DNA of 62,026 nt, the filler included. It is 6 parts of 6 records of this genome, joined end to end, with 100 filler letters (N's around TTAATTAATTAA, not from the genome) between each part and the next. Parts side by side here need not be neighbours in the genome. Positions count along the whole stretch, not along the records: positions 25,366 to 35,994 come from SRR31156797_2496; positions 36,095 to 43,772 come from SRR31156797_2497; 4 more parts are not named here. One strand, given 5' to 3'. Shown piece by piece: positions 33,279 through 42,030 of this stretch; position 1 is the first letter of the stretch; every line of letters begins with the position of its first letter. The notes under the pieces are model-generated. The model saw only the letters and a program-made list of their open reading frames with translations, did no database searches and had not been told where the DNA came from. The translations under genes and the position numbers were made by a program.

Positions 33279-34514
33279 TTAAGGTTTAGCTACAAATACT
33301 CGTGTTGGTTCATATGGTTTGTTATGATTATAAATAGACCAAATTATCTTTGCAAGTTTTCTAGCTATGATAATAAGTGCTTCTTTCTTAGCACGTCCAA
33401 GAGCTAGTTGATTTTTATATATCTGTTTGAGTTCAGAATTATGGCGTACAGCAGCAATGGATGCTAGATAGAGTGCTTTTTTAGCATATTTTGCTCCACG
33501 CTTGGCAAGATGTCCAAACTTTTGAGTTTTACCCGATTGTTCTAGTGTTGGATAGAGTCCTAGATAACCTATGAAAGATTTAACATCATTAAATCTATCA
33601 ATATTTCCACACTCTGAGAGTATTGCTAAAAGAGTTTTATCAGATACTCCTGGGATAGTTCGAAGATTGTCTAATACTGAAGATATATAATTTTCTTCCT
33701 CATTAGATAAATCTTTTGGAATATCAAACAAACCTATCATCTCATCTTCTAAAGATTGAATTTGTGCTTTTAAAGTACGAATAAGAGATATATTTGACCT
33801 TATAGAATAGGCTCTTGCTTCTTTTGCTACACCTGAATAGATAGTATCTTTTGCAATAGCTAAAAGATGTTCCGCTTTATGTTGATTAAAGTTATTTCCT
33901 TTGATACCTCGAAAAGTTTTTAATATTCTATCTGTAGATACATAATCAAAGTGCTTTGCAGTTGGATACTTTTCAAGTAGTGCCATACCTGTTACAGAAA
34001 ATGGATCAGAAATCACTTTCTCAAGTTCTGGAAATACAACAGCTAATAAAGATGAAGTTTGTCTTTGGATAGATTTTAATTGTTCTTTTAAAGACTCTTT
34101 GTGTCTAAAAAGAACACGCAGTGATTGTAATTGATCTTCATTTACATAACCACTTGAATATCTACCACTTTTTATTAAAAGAGCTATCATTAAAGAATCA
34201 ATATTGTCATTCTTTACATATTTCATTGTATCCATATTCCTAAACTGTGATGTTTGATATGGATTCAATAATATCACACGGTAGTTTAAGTTTTTGAGAT
34301 ACTGATAAAGGTTTTCAAACAATAAACCAGTCGCTTCCATTCCAATAACAATATCACTTATATCACAGCAAAGTGACTGAATATTGGCAAGAAGTTTTTT
34401 AAACCCACTAGTTGAAGAATGAAAACTAAATGGTAAAATAATCATCTCTTCCTTATCATCAATAACACAAGCAACATTTGTTTCTTTAGCTATATCTATT
34501 CCAATGTAAAACAT
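33279..34514 (-). CDS. IS110-family recombinase/transposase
   Basis: RuvC-like DEDD (GIDIAK, GMEATG, KNDNID), coiled-coil linker, Tnp domain (TIPGVS, YLGLYPTLEQSGK with the catalytic Ser, ARKLAKIIW). Confidence 0.96.
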   Translation of the reverse strand: MFYIGIDIAKETNVACVIDDKEEMIILPFSFHSSTSGFKKLLANIQSLCCDISDIVIGMEATGLLFENLYQYLKNLNYRVILLNPYQTSQFRNMDTMKYVKNDNIDSLMIALLIKSGRYSSGYVNEDQLQSLRVLFRHKESLKEQLKSIQRQTSSLLAVVFPELEKVISDPFSVTGMALLEKYPTAKHFDYVSTDRILKTFRGIKGNNFNQHKAEHLLAIAKDTIYSGVAKEARAYSIRSNISLIRTLKAQIQSLEDEMIGLFDIPKDLSNEEENYISSVLDNLRTIPGVSDKTLLAILSECGNIDRFNDVKSFIGYLGLYPTLEQSGKTQKFGHLAKRGAKYAKKALYLASIAAVRHNSELKQIYKNQLALGRAKKEALIIIARKLAKIIWSIYNHNKPYEPTRVFVAKP

Positions 34515-34547
34515 TTAAATCCTTAATATTAAAAAATATGGTTTATG

Positions 34548-34783
34548 CTCATAGCCTCCTATTATAGATGGTAAGATTTTATTCTTCCACAGCTTCCTAA
34601 ATAGATGAGTTATTACAACCACAATAATACGCTTTCTTGGGTAGTCAAGCTACAAGGAGTCACAGATCATTCAATGGTGCAATAGACTATGAATTGTATA
34701 AAGCTTCAAATAAACCAGTCTTTATACTAGCACAAACTACAAAGTATCAATCCTTATTCAGTTTCTGTAATAAGTTTTGATAA
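34548..34783 (-). ncRNA. Predicted IS110 bridge RNA (5' hairpins, target-binding loop, donor-binding loop)
   Basis: Hand folding: 5' hairpin 34745-34782, second stem 34682-34740, internal-loop module 34611-34684 with target-matching CTCCTT/AAAG, internal-loop module 34548-34609 with donor-matching TAGGAAG/ATAGGAG. Confidence 0.78.
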
Positions 34784-34788
34784 TTTGT

Positions 34789-34794
34789 ATTATA
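34789..34794 (-). promoter_or_regulatory. -10 box (TATAAT) at the IS110 left end
   Basis: Perfect TATAAT 2 nt inside the core and 6 nt before the 5' hairpin of the predicted bridge RNA. Confidence 0.65.
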
Positions 34795-34807
34795 GGAGGA
34801 GGATAAA

Positions 34808-35362
34808 ATGAAAAAACTTTTATTACTTATATCACTTACAACTTTAGGATTTAGTTCACCTTATTATGGTGATTCAGGTAAAAACTATTATAATGATATG
34901 GAAACAGGCTTTGTAAAATACAAAGTGATCTCCTCTACTCCTGTAACTAAAGAGGTTACAAGAAGAGTACGAGTTGGGGATGAGATACAAGATAGAGTAG
35001 TGAATAAAAGAGTACCATGTGAAAATAGCTATAGAGATACTAACTCTATTGGATTTGATACTATTTTAGGAACTGTAGCTGGAATTGCAATTGGAAATCA
35101 ATTTAAAAATCATAGAGATGCAGCTAAAGTGATTGGTGGGATTGGTGGAGGATACCTTGCTAATCAAATGAGAAATAGTAGCTCAGGAGATTGTTATCAA
35201 CAAACAACTATTCAAGAGTATATCCCTAGATATGAAACTAAAATAGAGCAAATAACAATTGGATATAATAATTGTGCTTTAGTAGATGGTAAAAAGATCT
35301 GCAAAGAGTCTCAACATAAAAGAGACTTCTTAAAAATTAAAAAAACTTATACTGTTTATTAA
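34808..35362 (+). CDS. Secreted glycine-zipper 2TM domain protein (YcfJ-like)
   Basis: Signal peptide MKKLLLLISL; GTVAGIAIGNQF...AAKVIGGIGGGYLANQ glycine zipper. Confidence 0.8.
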   Translation: MKKLLLLISLTTLGFSSPYYGDSGKNYYNDMETGFVKYKVISSTPVTKEVTRRVRVGDEIQDRVVNKRVPCENSYRDTNSIGFDTILGTVAGIAIGNQFKNHRDAAKVIGGIGGGYLANQMRNSSSGDCYQQTTIQEYIPRYETKIEQITIGYNNCALVDGKKICKESQHKRDFLKIKKTYTVY

Positions 35363-35483
35363 TCTAAACAGTATAGGTAAAAACTCCCTAAATAATACAA
35401 ATTTATATAAAAAATTTTACAATTCCACAAATATTCCATCAATTTTTAGTATTTTATTGTAAAATATTTTATTATATTGAACA

Positions 35484-35994
35484 ATGGAAAGGATTACAAT
35501 GTTTGGAGCGTCTAAAAGGGATTTAGATATCTTAGATGATTTTTTTGAAGAGTTTATGGAATTTGCAATGTACAAAAAAAACAAATTCATATTTACAAAA
35601 AGTGCAGGCAACAGTGATGTTAAAAACCTTATGTCAAAGTGGCAAAGCAAAATTGATGAATTCGATAAACGAATTAAAGATGATATGAGAGTTATGGGTG
35701 AAGTTGTTTTAACTACAGATAAAATAGAACAAGGGATTTTTAAATGTAGAATTCATTCTAAAACTTCAAATCCTATGATCCATACTCTTGTTGAAAATGT
35801 TAACAAGATGCTTAACTCTTTAGAAAGTAGTTTAGGTAGTTTAGGATTAACTTTGGGGGAATATTCTAATAACAACTATACTTCCAAGATCTCTATCCCT
35901 TCACAAATTCAAGCAGAGATGTTACAAGTAATGGAATCTGTTAACAACTTAGGTGAAGCTTTAGCAAACTCAGCTAAACAAAACCTCTCAAATG
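35484..35994 (+). CDS. Methyl-accepting chemotaxis-like protein, 5' part (truncated)
   Basis: Campylobacterota MCP pre-signalling pattern (GIFKCRIHSKTSNP...YSNNNYT...VNNLGEAL); start could be 35499. Confidence 0.7.
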
Positions 35995-36094
35995 NNNNNN
36001 NNNNNNNNNNNNNNNNNNNNNNNNNNNNNNNNNNNNNNTTAATTAATTAANNNNNNNNNNNNNNNNNNNNNNNNNNNNNNNNNNNNNNNNNNNN
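35995..36094. other. Artificial contig linker
   Basis: N run with TTAATTAATTAA; sharp GC jump. Confidence 0.98.
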
Positions 36095-37146
36095 GCCCTG
36101 GCCCGGCAGCCGCCGCAGACCCGGCTGTAGCCGCAGGCGCCGCACTTCCCTTCGTACTCCTCCGGGTTCCTCATCTTCAGAAAGAGGGGCGAGTTCTCCC
36201 AGATCGTCTGAAAGTTCATACCCGTCTTGCGGATATCCCCCGCTTCCTCTTCCAGGAAGCCGCAGATCTGTACCCTCCCCCTATGGGAGACAAAGGCGAA
36301 TCCCTGCCCTCCCAGGCAGCCCTTCGTCATGGCGTTCAGCCCGTGGGTCTCGGGCGTTACCGGTCTTCCCGCCTCCCGTTCCTTCTGGCGGAGTATGCGG
36401 TAGTAGTGGGGAGCGCAGGTCGGCTTGATCTGAATGGGCAGCTCCAGGCTTTTCTCATAGATCCATGTGAGAACGTCCTCGTACTCCCGGGGGCTCAGAA
36501 GGTGTTCATCCATCCCTTTGCCCCGTCCCGTGGGCACCAGCAGAAAGGGGTGGTAGCTCACCGCGCCCAGCTCTACCGCCAGCCTCAGGATGCTGTCCAG
36601 CTCCCGGTAGTTCAGTCTGGTCACCGTCGTGTTCACCTGGAACTCCAGCCCCCCCTCCCTGGCCAGACGGGCGGCTCTGACCACCGTCTCGAAGGCGCCG
36701 TCGACCCGGCGGAAATCATCGTGGCTTCCAGCGTTCGCACCGTCGATGCTCAGGGATATCCTCTGTATGCCCGATTCGATCATCCGTCCCACGCTCTTTT
36801 CGTCCATAAGGTTGCCGCAGGGGGCTATCACCATGCGAAGTCCCAGGGCTGTCCCGTATTCCGAGATCTCATAGATGTCTTCCCGGATCATAGGCTCCCC
36901 GCCGGTGAGGATTATAATGGGCTTCGAAAAGGACGCTATATTGTCGAGGAGGCGAAACGCCTCTTCCGTGGACAGCTCTCCGTCATAGCTTCTGTTTGCA
37001 GCGGAGGCGCGGCAATGGCGGCAGCTGAGGAGGCATCTCCTGGTGGTCTCCCAGGCGATGAGCCGGGGCGTATACGTTCTGCGGGCGGGCTTCGCGCGGC
37101 TGCTCTCGCCGGCCTGATCCCTTGTTCCGCCGTGGCGGACATCCAT
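36095..37146 (-). CDS. ahbD: Radical SAM/SPASM heme b synthase AhbD-like (3' end truncated)
   Basis: LIAWETTRRCLLSCRHCRA, KPTCAPHYYRI, GCLGG, SPASM CGAC...VCGGCRAR; ATG 37146 has a GGGGG SD. Confidence 0.8.
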
Positions 37147-37162
37147 AGTCAATCCCCCTGTT

Positions 37163-38347
37163 TCAGACGATCCCGATCTCTTCGTCACTGAGATAGCAGG
37201 CGGGATCTTCCATCCAGAGATCTCCGTAGACCGCCTCGGCCCGGACCCGGAAGTTTCCGCCGCAGATGTCCAGGTACCGGCATCGGGCGCATCGCCCCTT
37301 TACAAAGGGCTTCTTATCCTTGAGCTTCGCCGTCAGGGGATGGGAGAGGTCGGTCCAGATCTCGCTGAAGGGCCTGTCCCTCACATTGCCCAGGCTCTCG
37401 TGCCTCCAGAACTGATCGGGGTGAACCGAGCCGTCCCAGCTGACGCATCCTATGCCGTTGCCCGTGCTGTTCCCCCCGTTCATCTTCAGGAGCTTCAGAA
37501 CCTCGCCGGCCCTCTCATGTCCCTCTTCCTTCATCTTCAGGTAGAGGTAGACGGCGTCGGCATGGTTGTCCACCGTCAGGACCTCCTTCTTCAGCCCCCG
37601 ATCGAAGAGGCTCTTCGTCTCCGCCATAAGCAGGTCCATCAGCTCCCGGGTTTCTTCATGGGAGAGGTCCTCATCCATCAGGGCGCTGCCCCTTCCGGTG
37701 TAGACAAGGTGATAGAAGCAGACCCGGGGGATATCCTCATCCCTGAGAAGCTGAAAGATACCGGGTATATCTCCGACGTTTTTTCTGTTCATGGTCATGC
37801 GCAGACCGACCTTTATGCCCGCTTCCCGGCAGTTCCTCAGGCCGGTCAACGCCTCTTTGAAGGCTCCTTTTTTCCCCCGGAAGCTGTCGTGTGTGGCCTC
37901 CATTCCGTCAAGGCTGATACCCACGTAGGAGAGATCGAGCTCCTTCAGCCGCTTCGCCGTATCTTCTGTAATAAGCGTGCCGTTGGTAGAGAGGACGGCC
38001 CGCATCCCCCGGAAGCGGGCATGGGCGATCAGTTCGCAGATATCGGCCCTCATAAGCGGTTCTCCTCCGGAAAAGAGAAGGACAGGGGAGCCGAAAGCGG
38101 CCAGATCGTCAATCAGGGCGAATCCCTCATCCGTGGTCAGCTCATCCGAATAATCGATGTCTCTGGAATGGGAGTAGCAGTGGAGGCAGCGCAGGTTGCA
38201 GCGCCGGCCCGCGTTCCAGACCACCACCGGCTTTTTGTCTCTGGAAAACTGGAGAAGATGGGAGGGGAGCTTGCCCGAATGCCTGCCGTAGCGCAGGGGA
38301 TCGGAGCTTTCCACAGTGCCGCAGTACAGCTTTGATATACCAACCAT
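37163..38347 (-). CDS. ahbC: Radical SAM/SPASM Fe-coproporphyrin synthase AhbC (NirJ1-like)
   Basis: GISKLYCG...LRYGR...KKPVVVWN, CNLRCLHCY, LTVDNHAD, CGGNFRVRAE, DPACYL. Confidence 0.85.
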   Translation of the reverse strand: MVGISKLYCGTVESSDPLRYGRHSGKLPSHLLQFSRDKKPVVVWNAGRRCNLRCLHCYSHSRDIDYSDELTTDEGFALIDDLAAFGSPVLLFSGGEPLMRADICELIAHARFRGMRAVLSTNGTLITEDTAKRLKELDLSYVGISLDGMEATHDSFRGKKGAFKEALTGLRNCREAGIKVGLRMTMNRKNVGDIPGIFQLLRDEDIPRVCFYHLVYTGRGSALMDEDLSHEETRELMDLLMAETKSLFDRGLKKEVLTVDNHADAVYLYLKMKEEGHERAGEVLKLLKMNGGNSTGNGIGCVSWDGSVHPDQFWRHESLGNVRDRPFSEIWTDLSHPLTAKLKDKKPFVKGRCARCRYLDICGGNFRVRAEAVYGDLWMEDPACYLSDEEIGIV

Positions 38348-38364
38348 CTCTTCTTCCTCTCCGC

Positions 38365-38958
38365 TTATTTATTCCACTCATCCATCATATCATCGATACG
38401 GGGAATAAGGCGTTCGGATATCTCCTTGTTCTTGATCTCTCTGTTCCCGCCGGCCTCTGCGATGATTCGGCGCCTGAGCTCACCCAGTTCGTCGAGCCTG
38501 TCGCCCGCATCCTCAGGAACAAGGGAGGCCAGAAGCCTTTTGATCCTGCCGGCCAGCATGGGCAGTTTCCCTCCCGTCGACACGGCTATCTTGAGGCTGC
38601 CCCGCTTGAGAAGAGCGGGGGCATAAAAACTGCAGGACTCAGGATCGTCCACGCTGTTGATGAGAATCCCCTTTCGGGAGGCTTCTTCGTAGACCATCCT
38701 GTTGATTTCCTTCTTGTTTGTGGCGGCAATGATAAGGACGTAACCCCGGGAATCTCCCTTTTGATAAGGGCGTTCTTTGTATTCCACTTTATTATTGGAG
38801 ACCAGCCGCTCCAGGGATTCAGTCAGATCAGGAGATATGATCGTAACCCTGGCGCCCGATTCCAGGAGATCGGCTGTTTTCCCTTGGGCAACCTTTCCGC
38901 CTCCGATAACCAGACAGGGCTTGTCTTCTAGTTTTAAGAACACCGGGTACATCCGCAC
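38365..38958 (-). CDS. Precorrin-2 dehydrogenase/sirohydrochlorin ferrochelatase (SirC / CysG N-terminal type)
   Basis: YPVFL, LVIGGGKVA, NSVDDPESCSFY, IAVSTGG. Confidence 0.88.
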   Translation of the reverse strand: MRMYPVFLKLEDKPCLVIGGGKVAQGKTADLLESGARVTIISPDLTESLERLVSNNKVEYKERPYQKGDSRGYVLIIAATNKKEINRMVYEEASRKGILINSVDDPESCSFYAPALLKRGSLKIAVSTGGKLPMLAGRIKRLLASLVPEDAGDRLDELGELRRRIIAEAGGNREIKNKEISERLIPRIDDMMDEWNK

Positions 38959-39032
38959 TCCTCATGCCTGACAGTGCCTTAACTCTAATACAAGGGAGCC
39001 CCTTATTTCAAACCCGGATAGCCCGGATAAAT

Positions 39033-39069
39033 AAAGGGGAGGCTCCCGCGGCGCAGGAGCCTCCCCTTT
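39033..39069. terminator. Terminator after copA
   Basis: 14-bp perfect stem AAAGGGGAGGCTCC/GGAGCCTCCCCTTT. Confidence 0.8.
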
Positions 39070-39087
39070 CCCTTCGAAGGGATATGT

Positions 39088-39285
39088 CTACTGGGGATCG
39101 AATCCGGCGGCCTTTACGGCGCTGCGAACCTCATTGATCCTCTCTTCATCCATCTTCAGACTCAGTTCACCCTTTTTCAGATTGACCTTGGCCTTCTGGA
39201 CGCCCTCTACGGCGGAAGCCGCATTCTCCACCGACATCTTACAGTGATTGCAGCTCATCCCGTTCACCTTGATTACCGTTTTCAT
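39088..39285 (-). CDS. Putative in-frame nested CopZ-like chaperone (65 aa)
   Basis: GAGGAG SD 6 nt before an in-frame ATG that begins the [15 protein letters not shown] domain. Confidence 0.45.
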   Translation of the reverse strand: MKTVIKVNGMSCNHCKMSVENAASAVEGVQKAKVNLKKGELSLKMDEERINEVRSAVKAAGFDPQ

Positions 39286-41532
39286 ATCAGACTCCTCTGT
39301 TTCTGTGCTGTCGGATTCATTTCCGACGGATTCCAAGTTTATTGTCCCCAAGCCCCGGGGCCGGAAGCGGCGCAGGCTCAGCGAGTTTGACACCACCGAG
39401 ACCGAGCTGAAGGCCATAGCCGCTCCCGCGATCATGGGATTCAGCAGGCCCAGGGCCGAGAAGGGAATGCCTATGGAGTTGTAAAAGAAGGCCCAGAACA
39501 GATTCTGCCTGATCTTGCCCATAGTCTTCTTGGAGAGCTGGATCGCCGCGGCGATCTCTCTGAGGTCTCCCCTCATAAGGGTTATGTCCGCCGATTCCAT
39601 GGCGATATCCGAGCCCTCTCCCATGGCTATGCCCGTATCCGCCGTGGCCAGGGCGGGGGCGTCGTTGACCCCGTCTCCCGCCATTGCGACGTTCTTTCCC
39701 GAGGCCTGGAGTTTTTTCACCTCCTCCGCCTTCCCTTCGGGCAGAACCTCGGCCAGAACATGATCGATTCCCGCTTCCGCGGCGATGGCCCTGGCTGTCC
39801 GCTCATTGTCCCCGGTGATCATATAGACCTCCAGGCCCATTCCCTTCAGAAGGGAAACACCCTCGGCTGAGTGCTCCCTGATCCCATCGGCCAGGATAAA
39901 GAGGCCCAGGGCCTCCGACTCATCGGCCAGGATCACCACGGTCTTCCCCTTGCTTTCCAGCTCCCGCTTCTTCTCGGCGAAGGCGGCGGGGGCTATGTTT
40001 CTGGATATCAGGAAGGACTCGGTTCCCATGGCATAGCTTTTTCCGTTGATCCTTCCTTCCACCCCCTTTCCGGGAATCGAAAGAAAGGACTCGCAGCGGG
40101 GGAGGGCGGCGCCTCCGGCGGCATTGACCACCGCCCTTGCCAGGGGATGCTCCGAACTCTGCTCCAGGGCGGCGGCCAGCAGGCGCAGAGAGTCTTCGTC
40201 GTCACCCTCTCTCAGGGGAACGATCCCCTGCAGTTCGGGCCTGCCCCGGGTAACGGTGCCCGTTTTGTCCAGGACCACCGCGCCGATCCTGCCGGCGGCC
40301 TGCAGCACCTCTCCGTTCCGGATCAGTATGCCCCGGCCCGCGCCGACGCCGGTTCCCACCATCACCGCCGTGGGGGTGGCCAGACCCAGGGCGCAGGGGC
40401 AGGCTATGACGAGGACCGCAACCGCGGAAACAAGTCCCTTTGACAGGTCGCCGACGGCAAAGGCCCAGATCAGGAAGGTAAGGACGGCGATGCCCAGAAC
40501 GATGGGGACAAAGACCGCCGCCACCCTGTCAGCCAGCTTCTGTATGGGGGCCTTGGAGCCCTGGGCCTCTTCCACCACCGCGATGATGCGGGAGAGGACC
40601 GAGTCTTTTCCTACCTTCTCGGCCCGGAAGCGGAGGGCCCCGTAGCTGTTGACCGTTCCGCTGACCAGCATGTCACCCTCTTCCTTCTCCACAGGCATGC
40701 TCTCTCCGGTGATCATGCTTTCGTCCACGGCGCTGTTCCCTTCCAGGACCCTGCCGTCCACGGGGATGCGGTCTCCCGGGCGGATCAGGACGATGTCCCC
40801 GGGGATCACATCGCTTATGGGGACTTCCAGCTCCTCATCTCCCCGCAGGACCAGGGCCGTCTTCGGCTGGAGGCCCATCAGCTTTCTGATGGCCTCCGAG
40901 GTCTTCCCTTTGGCCCGGGCCTCCAGGTACTTGCCCAGCAGGACCAGGGTTATGATGACCGCCGAGGCTTCGAAATAGAGGGCGGGAGCCTCCGCTCCAG
41001 AGAAAAAGCCGGTGTAGATGCTGAAGCTGAAGGCGGAAAAGGTGCCCATGGCCACCAGAACGTCCATGCCCGGGCTGCCGGCCTTCAGGGATTTCCAGGC
41101 GCCGATGAAAAACCGGGAACCGATCCAGAACTGAACCGGAGTGGCCAGGATGAGCTGAAGCAGGGGATTGTGGAGGAAATGGAGGGCTTCAATCTCCAGA
41201 AGCATGCCCACCATGGCCAGAAGGAGGGGGGCGCTGAAGGCGGCGGCTATAGCCGTATGCCGTTTCAGTTTGCACAGCTCCTTCTTCTTTTCTTCATCGT
41301 GAAGATCGTCTTCATCCTCCCGGGGGAGGCCGGCCTGGTAACCCGCATCGACGACGCCTTGAATGATGCTTTCCAGGTCCGCTCTGTCCGGATCATAACT
41401 GATGGTGGCCTTTTCTGTGGCCAGATTAACGGCGGCGCTGTCTATGCCGTCCACCTTTTTGATTCCCTTTTCCACATGGGCTACGCAGGAGGCGCAGGTC
41501 ATGCCTTTTATATTCAACTGGATGATTTCCAT
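39088..41532 (-). CDS. copA: Copper-translocating P1B-type ATPase with N- and C-terminal HMA domains
   Basis: [39 protein letters not shown] and MAFSS Cu(I) motifs, C-terminal GMSCNHC. Confidence 0.95.
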   Translation of the reverse strand: MEIIQLNIKGMTCASCVAHVEKGIKKVDGIDSAAVNLATEKATISYDPDRADLESIIQGVVDAGYQAGLPREDEDDLHDEEKKKELCKLKRHTAIAAAFSAPLLLAMVGMLLEIEALHFLHNPLLQLILATPVQFWIGSRFFIGAWKSLKAGSPGMDVLVAMGTFSAFSFSIYTGFFSGAEAPALYFEASAVIITLVLLGKYLEARAKGKTSEAIRKLMGLQPKTALVLRGDEELEVPISDVIPGDIVLIRPGDRIPVDGRVLEGNSAVDESMITGESMPVEKEEGDMLVSGTVNSYGALRFRAEKVGKDSVLSRIIAVVEEAQGSKAPIQKLADRVAAVFVPIVLGIAVLTFLIWAFAVGDLSKGLVSAVAVLVIACPCALGLATPTAVMVGTGVGAGRGILIRNGEVLQAAGRIGAVVLDKTGTVTRGRPELQGIVPLREGDDEDSLRLLAAALEQSSEHPLARAVVNAAGGAALPRCESFLSIPGKGVEGRINGKSYAMGTESFLISRNIAPAAFAEKKRELESKGKTVVILADESEALGLFILADGIREHSAEGVSLLKGMGLEVYMITGDNERTARAIAAEAGIDHVLAEVLPEGKAEEVKKLQASGKNVAMAGDGVNDAPALATADTGIAMGEGSDIAMESADITLMRGDLREIAAAIQLSKKTMGKIRQNLFWAFFYNSIGIPFSALGLLNPMIAGAAMAFSSVSVVSNSLSLRRFRPRGLGTINLESVGNESDSTETEESDMKTVIKVNGMSCNHCKMSVENAASAVEGVQKAKVNLKKGELSLKMDEERINEVRSAVKAAGFDPQ

Positions 41533-41580
41533 GGTTTCTCTCCTATCGGGGCTTGAAAGCCTCTGTACAGCTTTTTTTAT

Positions 41581-41871
41581 CTATTTCAGCATCTTGCCGA
41601 CGGTGATGAGGAGCTCGTCCACTGCCTCGTCTTTCCCATCCTTGATCTGATTGACGATACAGCCCTTCATGTGGGCCTCCAGCAGGGTCTTCTTGACGCC
41701 TCTTATGGCCGATTCCACACTCATGAACTGATGGAGGATCTCGTCGCAATAGACGTCTTCCTCAATCATCCTGCCTATTCCCCGGATCTGGCCTTCGATC
41801 CGTTTCATGCGGTCGGTCATCTGTTTCTTTGTTTCATATGGATGATGGGCCTTGCGCGTTTCTTTAGACAT
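41581..41871 (-). CDS. csoR: Copper-sensing repressor, CsoR/RcnR family
   Basis: RMKRIEGQIRGI, YCDEIL, LEAHMKGC (C-H-C ligand set); directly upstream of copA. Confidence 0.9.
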   Translation of the reverse strand: MSKETRKAHHPYETKKQMTDRMKRIEGQIRGIGRMIEEDVYCDEILHQFMSVESAIRGVKKTLLEAHMKGCIVNQIKDGKDEAVDELLITVGKMLK

Positions 41872-41875
41872 TAGG

Positions 41876-41892
41876 ATACCCCCCTATAGTAT
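41876..41892 (-). promoter_or_regulatory. Putative CsoR operator overlapping the csoR RBS
   Basis: ATAC-TATAGGGGG-GTAT pseudo-palindrome with a G tract, typical of CsoR operators; TTGACA at 41915-41920 (minus). Confidence 0.6.
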
Positions 41893-41976
41893 GTATAATT
41901 AGTGTTACCTATTTTGTCAAGTATGGATAGGGACGATTGCACTTTCCGTTGGGACGGAGGGCCGGAAAGGAGGATG

Positions 41977-42007
41977 AAAAAAAAGCTCCCCGGGCTTCGG
42001 GGAGCTT
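41977..42007 (-). terminator. Terminator after the ABC operon
   Basis: AAGCTCCCCG/CGGGGAGCTT stem with a T run on the minus strand. Confidence 0.8.
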
Positions 42008-42030
42008 CATCAGATCGGATCAGGATGGGA

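Larger units (their letters stand above)
33049..34798 (-). mobile_element. Complete IS110-family element, about 1.75 kb
   Basis: Core AG (CT on the element strand) at 33049-33050 and 34797-34798; subterminal IR TCCTATAA (33054-33061) / TTATAGGA (34790-34797); removal restores TAAATTAAAGGAGGATAAAATG. Confidence 0.88.

Noticed and set aside
34794-34801. Alternative IS110 core positions (AG at 34794-34795 or 34800-34801)
   Set aside because: AG at 34797-34798 best satisfies the target guide CTCCT, the donor guide ATAGGAG and the restored AAAGGAGG RBS together; the alternatives are less consistent but not excluded without an empty allele.
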